A stretch of 24,000 nt of DNA from Bacillus suaedaesalsae (GTDB lineage Bacteria > Bacillota > Bacilli > Bacillales > SA4), in the NCBI RefSeq assembly GCF_016890225.1, contig NZ_JAFELM010000021.1:30933-54932 (forward strand), in the 5' to 3' direction. The position numbers and the translations under genes are program-made. Below are positions 8,742-16,480 of this stretch, piece by piece (position 1 is the first letter of the stretch; each line of letters starts with the position of its first letter). The notes under the pieces were generated by a model. That model was not told the DNA's origin. It made no database searches and saw only the letters and a list, made by a program, of their open reading frames with translations.

Positions 8742-10292
8742 TTGAAAAAACGTTTATTTAATAAATCAATATTTTTAAGTGTTACTTTTCTTAGTTTTTT
8801 ATTAATCGTACCGTTATTTATACAAAATGTGATAGAAGAAAAAAACTTAAATACAGCTGGATGGAGCAGAAGTGTTGATATTGGCGAGGCAGCAATAAAT
8901 AAATCGACCTTTCAGAGAATTAATAATGATTCTATCGATATATACTTATCAGATAGTAAATCGTCTATTAAGAAAGTGGAGATTGATCCACTAACTTTAA
9001 ACGTGATCAATGAAAAAAAAATTAAAGTACCTAGCAATCCGTATTATACATATTGGGTGTCTGCTGACGATGAAAATATCATATATTTTTCAGGTGAGAA
9101 CTTATATCGATTTGGTTCTGGAAAAAATGAAATAATTGCTGAGAAGGTTGACGAGCTTACTGTAAATAATGACACGATTATCTTTCGAAGTGGTGAAGTT
9201 GTATATACCTTGAATCCTACAGATTTTTCTAAGACCAAAGTCTTGAGTGATGACAATATTTTAAAGATTATCGTGGACCCGTATAGTCCCTCATTTATTT
9301 CATTACATCAATATGGTGAGATTGGCGGGGTGGAGTTTAACTATCATAAATGGAATGGACATAAGTATGATTCAACTTCAGTTTATGTAAAAGATTCATT
9401 TACTCAGCCTGTTACAAATATTGACTTCAAAGAATGGGATAAAAACTTATTGTTAATTTATGAAACAACGGCAATTAGTGGAGGTGCAAAAGATACCTCA
9501 CATCATTACTTAGAACTACCGTTAAATATGACAAATCATGAACCTGTCGAAACAAAACTAAAAATATATGACGAGAATAATATAGAAATAAGCTCAGTTC
9601 TAGAGATTCAATTGCAAAATTCTAAAAAAGAGGCTAGTGTGATATTCAGAGGTAATGGAGAGTTGAAAAAATCAGTGCAAAATCGAAATCTCTATCTCGC
9701 TTCATTGAATAACGGAAAATGGAGCGCCGCTCGCATAAGTACAAATTATGACCCAGTTGTAGAACCTTTACTTACAGGTGATGACTATTTAACATGGTTG
9801 ATACACGATGGGACTAATTATAAGTTAGTGGCTGCGAATACGTCACCACAAGTAATAATAGATAGTAAAAGTAGTACGATTGAGGATTGGATAAGGGCAT
9901 TAGAAGATACTTTATTCGGTTTAACGAGTGCATTAGTAATGTTATTATTCTTTATTTTATTAGTTATACCAGCTATTATCGTCATCTTTTTAGCTAAATT
10001 TTTCGATGTGAAAAAAACAAAACTTGCTGAAATCACGGCAAATGTATTATTTGCATTGTGTTCATATGCATTATTGAATAAGCTTATGAATGAAAAGTTT
10101 CTTTTAATCGCACCAGAGTATATATCTTTTCAAGGATCAATATGGGTTATCTTAGTAGCAGTGATAGGTGTCTCCTACATCTTGACAAATTTGACGAAAA
10201 ATCAGGATTGGGAATTTGAAATGAATGTGATTTATTTTGTTGGAGTCAGTATCTGGGCATTTTCGTTGTTGATTGGTCCGTATATTATTTAA
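8742..10292 (+). CDS. Membrane protein: N-terminal anchor, large extracytoplasmic beta-rich domain, C-terminal multi-TM bundle
   Basis: TTG start after SD GAGGTGG. TM at residues ~10-27 and 4-5 TM helices in the last ~130 aa. No catalytic motif recognised. Confidence 0.65.
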   Translation: MKKRLFNKSIFLSVTFLSFLLIVPLFIQNVIEEKNLNTAGWSRSVDIGEAAINKSTFQRINNDSIDIYLSDSKSSIKKVEIDPLTLNVINEKKIKVPSNPYYTYWVSADDENIIYFSGENLYRFGSGKNEIIAEKVDELTVNNDTIIFRSGEVVYTLNPTDFSKTKVLSDDNILKIIVDPYSPSFISLHQYGEIGGVEFNYHKWNGHKYDSTSVYVKDSFTQPVTNIDFKEWDKNLLLIYETTAISGGAKDTSHHYLELPLNMTNHEPVETKLKIYDENNIEISSVLEIQLQNSKKEASVIFRGNGELKKSVQNRNLYLASLNNGKWSAARISTNYDPVVEPLLTGDDYLTWLIHDGTNYKLVAANTSPQVIIDSKSSTIEDWIRALEDTLFGLTSALVMLLFFILLVIPAIIVIFLAKFFDVKKTKLAEITANVLFALCSYALLNKLMNEKFLLIAPEYISFQGSIWVILVAVIGVSYILTNLTKNQDWEFEMNVIYFVGVSIWAFSLLIGPYII

Positions 10293-10299
10293 TTTGTCG

Positions 10300-10327
10300 T
10301 GAGAGGTATTTTTGCCTCTCCTTTTTC
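10300..10327 (+). terminator. Rho-independent terminator
   Basis: GAGAGG (10301-10306) / CCTCTC (10315-10320) stem followed by CTTTTTC. Confidence 0.6.
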
Positions 10328-10444
10328 TATATAAAGATATATGACCCTCACCTAATCTAAACTGCTGAAAAAAATCTAAAAAATTTTTATAAATTGATAG
10401 AAGGATTTTTTATGATGACATCGAAATATCTTATTTGAATAATT

Positions 10445-11248
10445 ATGAAAGAAGGTGATACCTTGAGCATGGTAGAAGAGCATGCTGAGAAGTTAGTTCA
10501 AGATGCGTACGAAAGAAGAGCGTCAGATATTCATTTTATCCCCCGGAAAGATGACGGCCACATTAAGTTACGGATCGGAAATGATTTAGTAGAAAAAGAG
10601 AAGGTCCCTAAAGAATTATTCACCAAACTTATCAATCACTTTAAATTTCTTGCTTCGATGGATATCGGAGAAAAGAGAAGACCACAAACAGGCTCTTTGG
10701 TTTTAACAGTTAAGGAAAAGCTCCTTAATCTTCGTCTATCAACCTTACCCACTCCTCATGAAGAAAGTTTAGTCATTCGCGTGCTTCCACAAGAAGAATC
10801 ATTTCCACTGTCAGAGTTATCTCTATTTCCAAACTCAACAAAAACGTTATTGTCATTTATGATGCACTCTCATGGATTAATCATTTTTACCGGGCCGACC
10901 GGGTCAGGTAAAACAACCACAATGTATTCCTTGCTTCAAGCCTCCAATCAACAATTAAGCCGAAATGTTATCACATTAGAAGATCCAATTGAAAAGCATT
11001 CTGATGAACTTTTACAAGTTCAAGTTAATGAAAAAGCAGGAATTACCTACAGCACAGGATTAAAGGCAATTCTAAGACATGATCCAGACATTATTTTGGT
11101 TGGGGAGATTCGTGATGAAGAAACCGCCCAAATTGCAATCAAAGCTGCGATGACAGGACATTTAGTATTAAGTACGATGCACACAAAAGATGCAAAGGGA
11201 GCTATTTACAGACTGTTAGAATGTAATCGTTCACGAAGCATGAGATAA
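10445..11248 (+). pseudogene. comGA: comGA (competence pseudopilus secretion ATPase), 3'-truncated: homology ends near nt 11221
   Basis: Walker A GPTGSGKTT, Asp box ITLEDPIE, Walker B DPDIILVGEIRD and His box TGHLVLSTMHT are all present. After KGAIYRLLE the ORF reads CNRSRSMR and stops (267 aa against ~350-360 aa for full-length ComGA). No comGB-like ORF follows. The likely true start is the ATG at 10469 (SD AAGGTGA at 10452-10458). Confidence 0.8.
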
Positions 11249-11288
11249 ATTCAAAACCTATAAGACAGATTCAAAAGCTATGAGATAA
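11238..11288 (+). repeat. Tandem ~20-bp direct repeat plus reiterated ATGAGAYA motif at the island junction
   Basis: ATTCAAAACCTATAAGACAG (11249-11268) against ATTCAAAAGCTATGAGATAA (11269-11288), 16/20 identical. ATGAGATAA occurs at 11240 and 11280, ATGAGACAA at 11334 and ATGAGATAG at 11449. Confidence 0.55.
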
Positions 11289-11484
11289 TGTTGGATTCGA
11301 TTACTGATTTAATAGGTATTAGAATTCACTAACATGAGACAAATGTATTTGTAATCTTACAAAGCTTTTTCATATCACATTCTAATTTTTTTAAGCTGCA
11401 TCTTTGTTTCATAGACCTTGAAACAAAAGGTGTAAATACTCACTGATGATGAGATAGGATAACATGATTCTAATGCTAAAACTC

Positions 11485-11513
11485 TTACATAATAGTTCCC
11501 CAATATATATAAA
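11485..11513 (+). promoter_or_regulatory. Candidate SigA-type promoter for the HEPN gene
   Basis: TTACAT (11485-11490), 17-nt spacer, TATAAA (11508-11513), ~45 nt upstream of the start. Confidence 0.3.
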
Positions 11514-11558
11514 AATTATAATAATACCCTTATGACAAATTTAATAGGAGAGAAAATT

Positions 11559-11933
11559 ATGATAGTACAAAGTGAAATAGAAACAATGCAAAAAGCCTAC
11601 GGAGAACTGTATGAAGTAGAAAACTTGTTGAGGTTATACATAAAGGAGAAAATGCAACTAACCTACGGTGTTCATTGGTTTTATGTAGCTCCTAGAAAGG
11701 AATATAAACGTCCTCCCAAAAAAGAATTTGAAAAATTACTATTCCACGAATATGAACAAGTTTACCTTAGAGCATATCCCGAAGCTTTTAAAGACCTCAA
11801 TTCGACATTCATTTATCAACTCCACTCCCTTTACCCACTCAGAAATACAATAGCTCATAATCATTATTTAGATAGGGAAGAACTTTCTGATTTATTACTT
11901 TTAAGTAGTAAACTCAAAGATGTGCTTAAATAA
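11559..11933 (+). CDS. Small Swt1-like HEPN-domain protein (putative RNase), 124 aa
   Basis: Start taken at the ATG after SD AGGAG (11546-11550). Rx4H motif LRNTIAHNH at nt 11841-11858. The N-terminal E..LR.YI....L..G..W pattern and overall all-helical layout match the remembered Swt1-type HEPN profile. Confidence 0.6.
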   Translation: MIVQSEIETMQKAYGELYEVENLLRLYIKEKMQLTYGVHWFYVAPRKEYKRPPKKEFEKLLFHEYEQVYLRAYPEAFKDLNSTFIYQLHSLYPLRNTIAHNHYLDREELSDLLLLSSKLKDVLK

Positions 11934-12120
11934 TAAAATAAATGTATTAGTATTCGAAAAAGAGAATTATAATTGATATGAATTTAAAAAGATATGATGG
12001 CTTAATTTATATATTAAAGAACACGCAAAATTAACTTGTGCGTATTAAATGTGTTAAAGAATAAATAAAGATTAAGAAAAAAATACCACAATAAAAAAGA
12101 AAAAGTCGGTAGGTCGTAAA

Positions 12121-12714
12121 ATGATGAAAAACATAATAAATTCAATTTTATCAAAAAATTTAACTGCCAAAGACCTTAAATATATCGAATTAATAATCAA
12201 GGCAGATATCCTAAATACAATAAATAAAAAACATAAGAAAAACGACATAAGGATAATAACACATTTGAATACCAGTGGTAATTTTGGATGTGCGATAATG
12301 GATTTTAATGGAGAAAAACAGTTATTTATTGCTCACAGTAAAGTTCAAAAAGAAAAGGATTGGGAACTAGTAAATGCAATGTTCTCGGAACCATACTTAA
12401 AAGGTGCCATTCGCTGCTATCGGGCGGAAGAGCTAAATCAAAGATATACGACTGAATGGCTAGATGATAATCTCGATAAAGACACATTAACTGCCTATGA
12501 TCGAAACAGGGACACTGAATCTAAAATTTTAGAAGAGGTTGCATCTTATTTAGATAATCAAGGATATAATGAAAGTAAAGATGAAATTAGTTTATATCTA
12601 TACACTGTTAAAGAACCCTGTCCAAGTTGTTCAAAGGTTATTAATACATTCAAAAGTGATTTTAGAGAGATAAATTTAGAGGTTTATTATCAAAATAATT
12701 TAATAAAAAAATAG
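12121..12714 (+). CDS. Deaminase-fold (polymorphic-toxin-type nucleic acid/nucleotide deaminase-like) protein, 197 aa
   Basis: D131-T-E133 followed 32 residues later by P-C167-P-S-C170, which is the [H/C/D]xE-x(24-36)-PCxxC spacing. A preceding beta-hairpin-like NFGCAIMDFNGEKQLFIAHS and the RDTESKILEEVA helix resemble toxin-type deaminases as I remember them. No signal or trafficking domain. Confidence 0.45.
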   Translation: MMKNIINSILSKNLTAKDLKYIELIIKADILNTINKKHKKNDIRIITHLNTSGNFGCAIMDFNGEKQLFIAHSKVQKEKDWELVNAMFSEPYLKGAIRCYRAEELNQRYTTEWLDDNLDKDTLTAYDRNRDTESKILEEVASYLDNQGYNESKDEISLYLYTVKEPCPSCSKVINTFKSDFREINLEVYYQNNLIKK

Positions 12715-12725
12715 GTGGTGAAATA

Positions 12726-13136
12726 ATGAATACAAATGAGTATGATCGGGATTATATAGAAATCATTGAAATGGTACCTATTTTAATGGATGACTTTCTA
12801 TCTGGTGGAGAAACTGTTGCGGAGGCTTCAGGAATGACATTAGTTGAATTAGAGGATTTATTTATAAAAGCAATGCCCTTAAAAATAATTGCTTATATTG
12901 AGTTATTAAACTATCCAAAGTTAAGAGGTAATGCAGAATTAACAACATATTATTTAAATAGGATAATTAATGAGATTGGATCATTTGATTTTTATAATAA
13001 TTTAAATGAAGAAAATCGTAAAAGGTTTGGAAAAAGTCTTTTGGATTTATTAACCATGCCTCAAAAAAAAATAAAAATGAATGAACGAGCTATGGTAAAC
13101 TTTGCACCTATGATTAATGAATCGCTTATTACATAA
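12726..13136 (+). CDS. Immunity-like partner of the deaminase-like protein (136 aa, no recognised domain)
   Basis: Starts 11 nt after the upstream stop with SD AGGTGG. Acidic and helical. The two genes share the terminator at 13120-13148. Confidence 0.4.
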   Translation: MNTNEYDRDYIEIIEMVPILMDDFLSGGETVAEASGMTLVELEDLFIKAMPLKIIAYIELLNYPKLRGNAELTTYYLNRIINEIGSFDFYNNLNEENRKRFGKSLLDLLTMPQKKIKMNERAMVNFAPMINESLIT

Positions 13137-13148
13137 GCGATTTTTTTT
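13120..13148 (+). terminator. Rho-independent terminator overlapping the stop codon
   Basis: AATCGCTTAT (13120-13129), loop TAC, ATAAGCGATT (13133-13142): a perfect 10-bp stem followed by a T-run to 13148. Confidence 0.8.
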
Positions 13149-13313
13149 GACAATTGTAAAATCAATATGATTCCCTTTGTAGTATTAGGTCCCAAATAGG
13201 ATGAGAGTAATTTTATTTTCTACAAGAGTTCTTAATTAAAGAGATTAGACTGTATACATATTAAAAGGGGAATTACTGTCCTTAGACATTAAAACAAGAA
13301 TAGGGTGAAAGAA

Positions 13314-13568
13314 ATGACAGAAAGAAAAGTGCAAGCTACACTAACCATTTCATGCGATATAGTAATAGATGACACAATTAAGAAAAACATTGAGGAATCT
13401 TATTCAAGATCATTGAATGATAAGGAGATAGCTAATAAATTGTTATATGCTTTCTTAAATCCTAAAATCGACTTGTTTAATGAACCAGACCTAGTTGATG
13501 GACAATGGGACATGGTGTGTGAGTTTAAAGGGAGATTCAGTGATTTTAGCCTTGACATTGAAGAGTGA
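13314..13568 (+). CDS. Small acidic hypothetical protein (84 aa from ATG 13314, 87 aa from GTG 13305)
   Basis: SD AGGGTGA (13302-13308) is spaced appropriately for the ATG at 13314. Net acidic, no TM segment and no recognised motif. Confidence 0.5.
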   Translation: MTERKVQATLTISCDIVIDDTIKKNIEESYSRSLNDKEIANKLLYAFLNPKIDLFNEPDLVDGQWDMVCEFKGRFSDFSLDIEE

Positions 13569-13660
13569 AAACTCAATTTACTAAAATTAGTTTTCTAAGT
13601 AAAATTCCCTAATTTTGTGTTATGCTGAAGCATATATAAATATTAAAGGGGAATAATGAC

Positions 13661-14713
13661 TTGACTCAAATCGCTATAAAAAAATTGATTGCTCATGATA
13701 TTGACTTAGATCAAAAAGCACCGACTCCAGCAACAAATGTTATTGACTTGACAACAACATCTCAAGAAGTACTTAACTTCTTTTCAGATCATGTGAAAAC
13801 AGCTCATACAACTAAACAAATAAAAGTATGTCGTTTTTCATATGAAAATGCTCAAGTTCTTTTAGACTCAATAGATATAGCTAAAGATATCAATGACGAT
13901 GATATGTTTGTATCTGCAACAGCTGATATGACGCATAGATTATTTAACATTATGAAAAGTTCTTCTACTAAAAGTTCAGGTGCAATGATTTATCTAGTAT
14001 ACGAAGATTTATCAGATTCTTCCCTTCATTTGGGGATTATGAAAATGGATCCGAATAAAGGAATTCAATACAACAAATCCACTAATTCATTTATCGTCCA
14101 ATCAAATATGCTACCGAATGCAAAAGACCGTCTTCATAAGACTGCTTTTATCAAGTTAAAAGAAGATTTATGGGGTGAGGATGTTCATTTATTTGTGCTG
14201 GATAAGCAGCAAACCAATGAAACAGTATCGAAGTTCTTTTTAATCTCATTCTTAGAAGCAGAAGTAAAAATAAATGATACTCTTGTTACGGAATTGGTAG
14301 AGAAAAAATTAGTGGAGATGGCAAGAACTCAGAAAATCACCCAAACTCCTCTTGATTTGTTGGACTTTAGTACGAAAGTAGATCGGATGTTAACAAGTCA
14401 CAAAGAAATTGACCTTGATTACGAATTGGACAGCCTATTAAAGTCATACATTTCTAGTGATGGAGATAGAGAGTCGAAGATAGAAGAAATTAAACTTGCT
14501 TTAAAAGAAGAGAACGAAGAGGTCTATTTCGAATTTAAAGCAACTAAAAAGCCGTCATATGCAGTATATTCAGACGTTCAAAATCAAATAAATTTTAAAT
14601 TTCCATTGGCTCTAAAAGGGAAGAAGGTTTTTATTAAAACAGAAGAAGTAGATGGACAAACAGTGACGACAATTAGGCTTGAAGGAACAGATTTAGTCGA
14701 AAAATTTAAGTAA
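13661..14713 (+). CDS. NdpA/YejK-like (NA37 family) nucleoid-associated-protein homologue, 350 aa
   Basis: TTG start after SD AAAGGGGA (13646-13653). N-terminus IAIKKLIAHDIDLDQ. Central GAMIYLVYEDL...LHLGIMKMD and HKTAFIKL...LDKQQTNETVSKFFLISFLEAE parallel the remembered YejK pattern (start I.LH.LI; ...ARIDL...FLKGR.G.KV.DFF.DFLGA.E). Confidence 0.5.
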   Translation: MTQIAIKKLIAHDIDLDQKAPTPATNVIDLTTTSQEVLNFFSDHVKTAHTTKQIKVCRFSYENAQVLLDSIDIAKDINDDDMFVSATADMTHRLFNIMKSSSTKSSGAMIYLVYEDLSDSSLHLGIMKMDPNKGIQYNKSTNSFIVQSNMLPNAKDRLHKTAFIKLKEDLWGEDVHLFVLDKQQTNETVSKFFLISFLEAEVKINDTLVTELVEKKLVEMARTQKITQTPLDLLDFSTKVDRMLTSHKEIDLDYELDSLLKSYISSDGDRESKIEEIKLALKEENEEVYFEFKATKKPSYAVYSDVQNQINFKFPLALKGKKVFIKTEEVDGQTVTTIRLEGTDLVEKFK

Positions 14714-16365
14714 TGGAGAATAGTATGAAACATTTAGTTGTCACATTTCAAAACTTAGTAACTGATTTAGACCAGGTGTCAAGTCGATTGGAATGGACTG
14801 AATCACTTCACCTTGTCTCTGTAACATATAGAGACAAGGTAGGATCATTTATTCATGTAATAAAAAATCCAACATACTTAGCTGAAATTAACAACACCCA
14901 TATAAGTGTAGAAGTAAAAATTGGTACAAATATACTCTATGATCAGCAATTTATTGATAAGTATGAAATGAAGATACTTGAGGACGATCAGGTAGCTGAA
15001 GTTACCATTAGCTTCAACAAAGAAATTAGCTTACAGCTACATTCAAATGTAACGTTATTCTTTAACATAGACTCATTTCTCTCAGAGTGGAGTTTCAATA
15101 ATTTAAGTATGGTTACATTCTTTAAGAATATAGATAAAGAAAAACAGGTATTCATTTACTTGCCTACTGACGAGAAAATAGAGAATCCCTTTTTGAAAGT
15201 AATCCCTTTTAAGGATTACAATGGATTTGAACCGAATGCCTTAGAACAAAATCAAAAGGATTTAATTGATGATAGTATAAAAATAAGGGAGGAACATACA
15301 CGTATATCGACAAGTATGCCTGTTCCTTATTATTTTTATTTTGAATCAAGCAAATTAAAATTCCCTGAAAACCTTTACTTATCTTTTCAGCAAAGTCTAT
15401 TTTTCTTATCATTACTCCATATAAGTAACAAATATGAAAATGAAGTTTTTATTGTTAGGGGTCAAAAAAGTGTGGAGTATAATTGGCAAAAAGATTTTAA
15501 ACCGAACTTTGCAGATATTTTATATAGTATTTTCAATTTCTGTTATGGTAAGGAACAGGCACAAGATAAACTGGAAATCGGTAGGAATATACTAACTACT
15601 TATCATCTTGATGAATCAATAGATAAATTAGACGCTCAGTTAGATAAAATTGAGAAAACAATTAATCGACATTTCTCACTTTATGTGAATGATAAAATAA
15701 AGAAGTTTTTAGATGAATCAAAAAAGGCAATAGATGAAGCTCATAAATATGCAAAAGAAACCAGAGAAGCCGCAGATAAGGTAGTCTCTAATATTAACAC
15801 TTCGATCATTGGATTAATTACAGCTGTTTTCTCAGGTATTGTTATTATGGCTAGAGGAAACAAGTGGTTTTTAATCGTAGCACTCTTACTACATATGTTT
15901 TATTTTGGATTAACATATTTTCTTAACCGTTATTTCGCTAAAAAGAAGCAAAAAGAAATTCTTGATGTGTATGACCAATCTATTGGATATATATCCAATG
16001 TCACTGAAGAAGAAAAGGTAGAAATAAAACAAATGTATATTGATTCTGCTTCAGAGAGTATCGATAACAATTTGAAAATCTATAAATGGCTCTCAAATTC
16101 ATTGGTTGTCTTAATGCTATTGCTAAGTATTGTTGTTTTCTTTTTTATGCCTAATTTGGATAGTGCTAAAAAACAATCAGAGCAACAAAATATAAAACAA
16201 GAACAGATAAATAAAGGTACTTCACCGAGTAATAATGAAGACAAAGTTCAAAATACCTCAGAAAAATCGAAACAGTCACAGGACCAAGCTGAAAAAAATA
16301 ACTCTAAGGTGAATCCCACTAATAGTAATACAGACTCGAACAAAAACTTGGATAATAAAAAGTAG
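14713..16365 (+). CDS. Large coiled-coil / 3-TM membrane protein with a Q/N/K/S-rich C-terminal tail, translationally coupled to the NdpA-like gene
   Basis: The ATG overlaps the upstream TAA (TAATG at 14711-14715). An alternative in-frame ATG lies at 14725 after GGAGA. About 370 aa are soluble with no recognised domain. A coiled-coil segment (DKLDAQLDKIEKTI...EAHKYAKETREAADKV) follows, then TM helices IIGLITAVFSGIVIMA, WFLIVALLLHMFYFGLTYFL and LVVLMLLLSIVVFFFM, then a ~75-aa low-complexity tail. Confidence 0.7.
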   Translation: MENSMKHLVVTFQNLVTDLDQVSSRLEWTESLHLVSVTYRDKVGSFIHVIKNPTYLAEINNTHISVEVKIGTNILYDQQFIDKYEMKILEDDQVAEVTISFNKEISLQLHSNVTLFFNIDSFLSEWSFNNLSMVTFFKNIDKEKQVFIYLPTDEKIENPFLKVIPFKDYNGFEPNALEQNQKDLIDDSIKIREEHTRISTSMPVPYYFYFESSKLKFPENLYLSFQQSLFFLSLLHISNKYENEVFIVRGQKSVEYNWQKDFKPNFADILYSIFNFCYGKEQAQDKLEIGRNILTTYHLDESIDKLDAQLDKIEKTINRHFSLYVNDKIKKFLDESKKAIDEAHKYAKETREAADKVVSNINTSIIGLITAVFSGIVIMARGNKWFLIVALLLHMFYFGLTYFLNRYFAKKKQKEILDVYDQSIGYISNVTEEEKVEIKQMYIDSASESIDNNLKIYKWLSNSLVVLMLLLSIVVFFFMPNLDSAKKQSEQQNIKQEQINKGTSPSNNEDKVQNTSEKSKQSQDQAEKNNSKVNPTNSNTDSNKNLDNKK

Positions 16366-16405
16366 GTCTATAATATGTTGTTTAACATTATAATCTACTA
16401 CAACT

Positions 16406-16453
16406 AAAAACCAGAAAGGAATCATTCATTACTAATGATTCCTTTCTGGTTTT
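16406..16453. terminator. Strong bidirectional terminator shared by convergent genes
   Basis: AAACCAGAAAGGAATCATT (16408-16426), loop CATTACT, AATGATTCCTTTCTGGTTT (16434-16452): a perfect 19-bp stem flanked by A- and T-runs. Confidence 0.9.
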
Positions 16454-16480
16454 ATATATTACTTGTAAACCGTCGACTAT

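Noticed and set aside
2578-10036. Antisense or embedded track ORFs inside core genes (2578-2904-, 3191-3388-, 3225-3425-, 3883-4143+, 6065-6277-, 7204-7410-, 8051-8299-, 9044-9256-, 9818-10036-)
   Set aside because: All lie wholly within, or heavily overlap, longer ORFs with recognisable domains. They lack SDs and have low-complexity or odd composition. These are typical shadow ORFs in AT-rich DNA.
10330-10444. ComK boxes (AAAA-N5-TTTT pairs) upstream of comGA
   Set aside because: The region is A/T-tract rich (GAAAAAAATCTAAAAAATTTTTAT), but I could not place two properly spaced AAAA-N5-TTTT boxes by eye. Not reported as a feature.
13257-13660. Repeated ATATTAAA(A)GGGGAAT motif (13258-13274 and 13640-13655)
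   Set aside because: The second copy is simply the SD region of the NdpA-like gene. The first has no start codon downstream in range, and an in-frame stop at 13290 blocks extension of the small ORF. It is probably a chance similarity of SD-like purine strings in AT-rich DNA. I also could not build a convincing -35/-10 pair for a promoter at 13615-13643.
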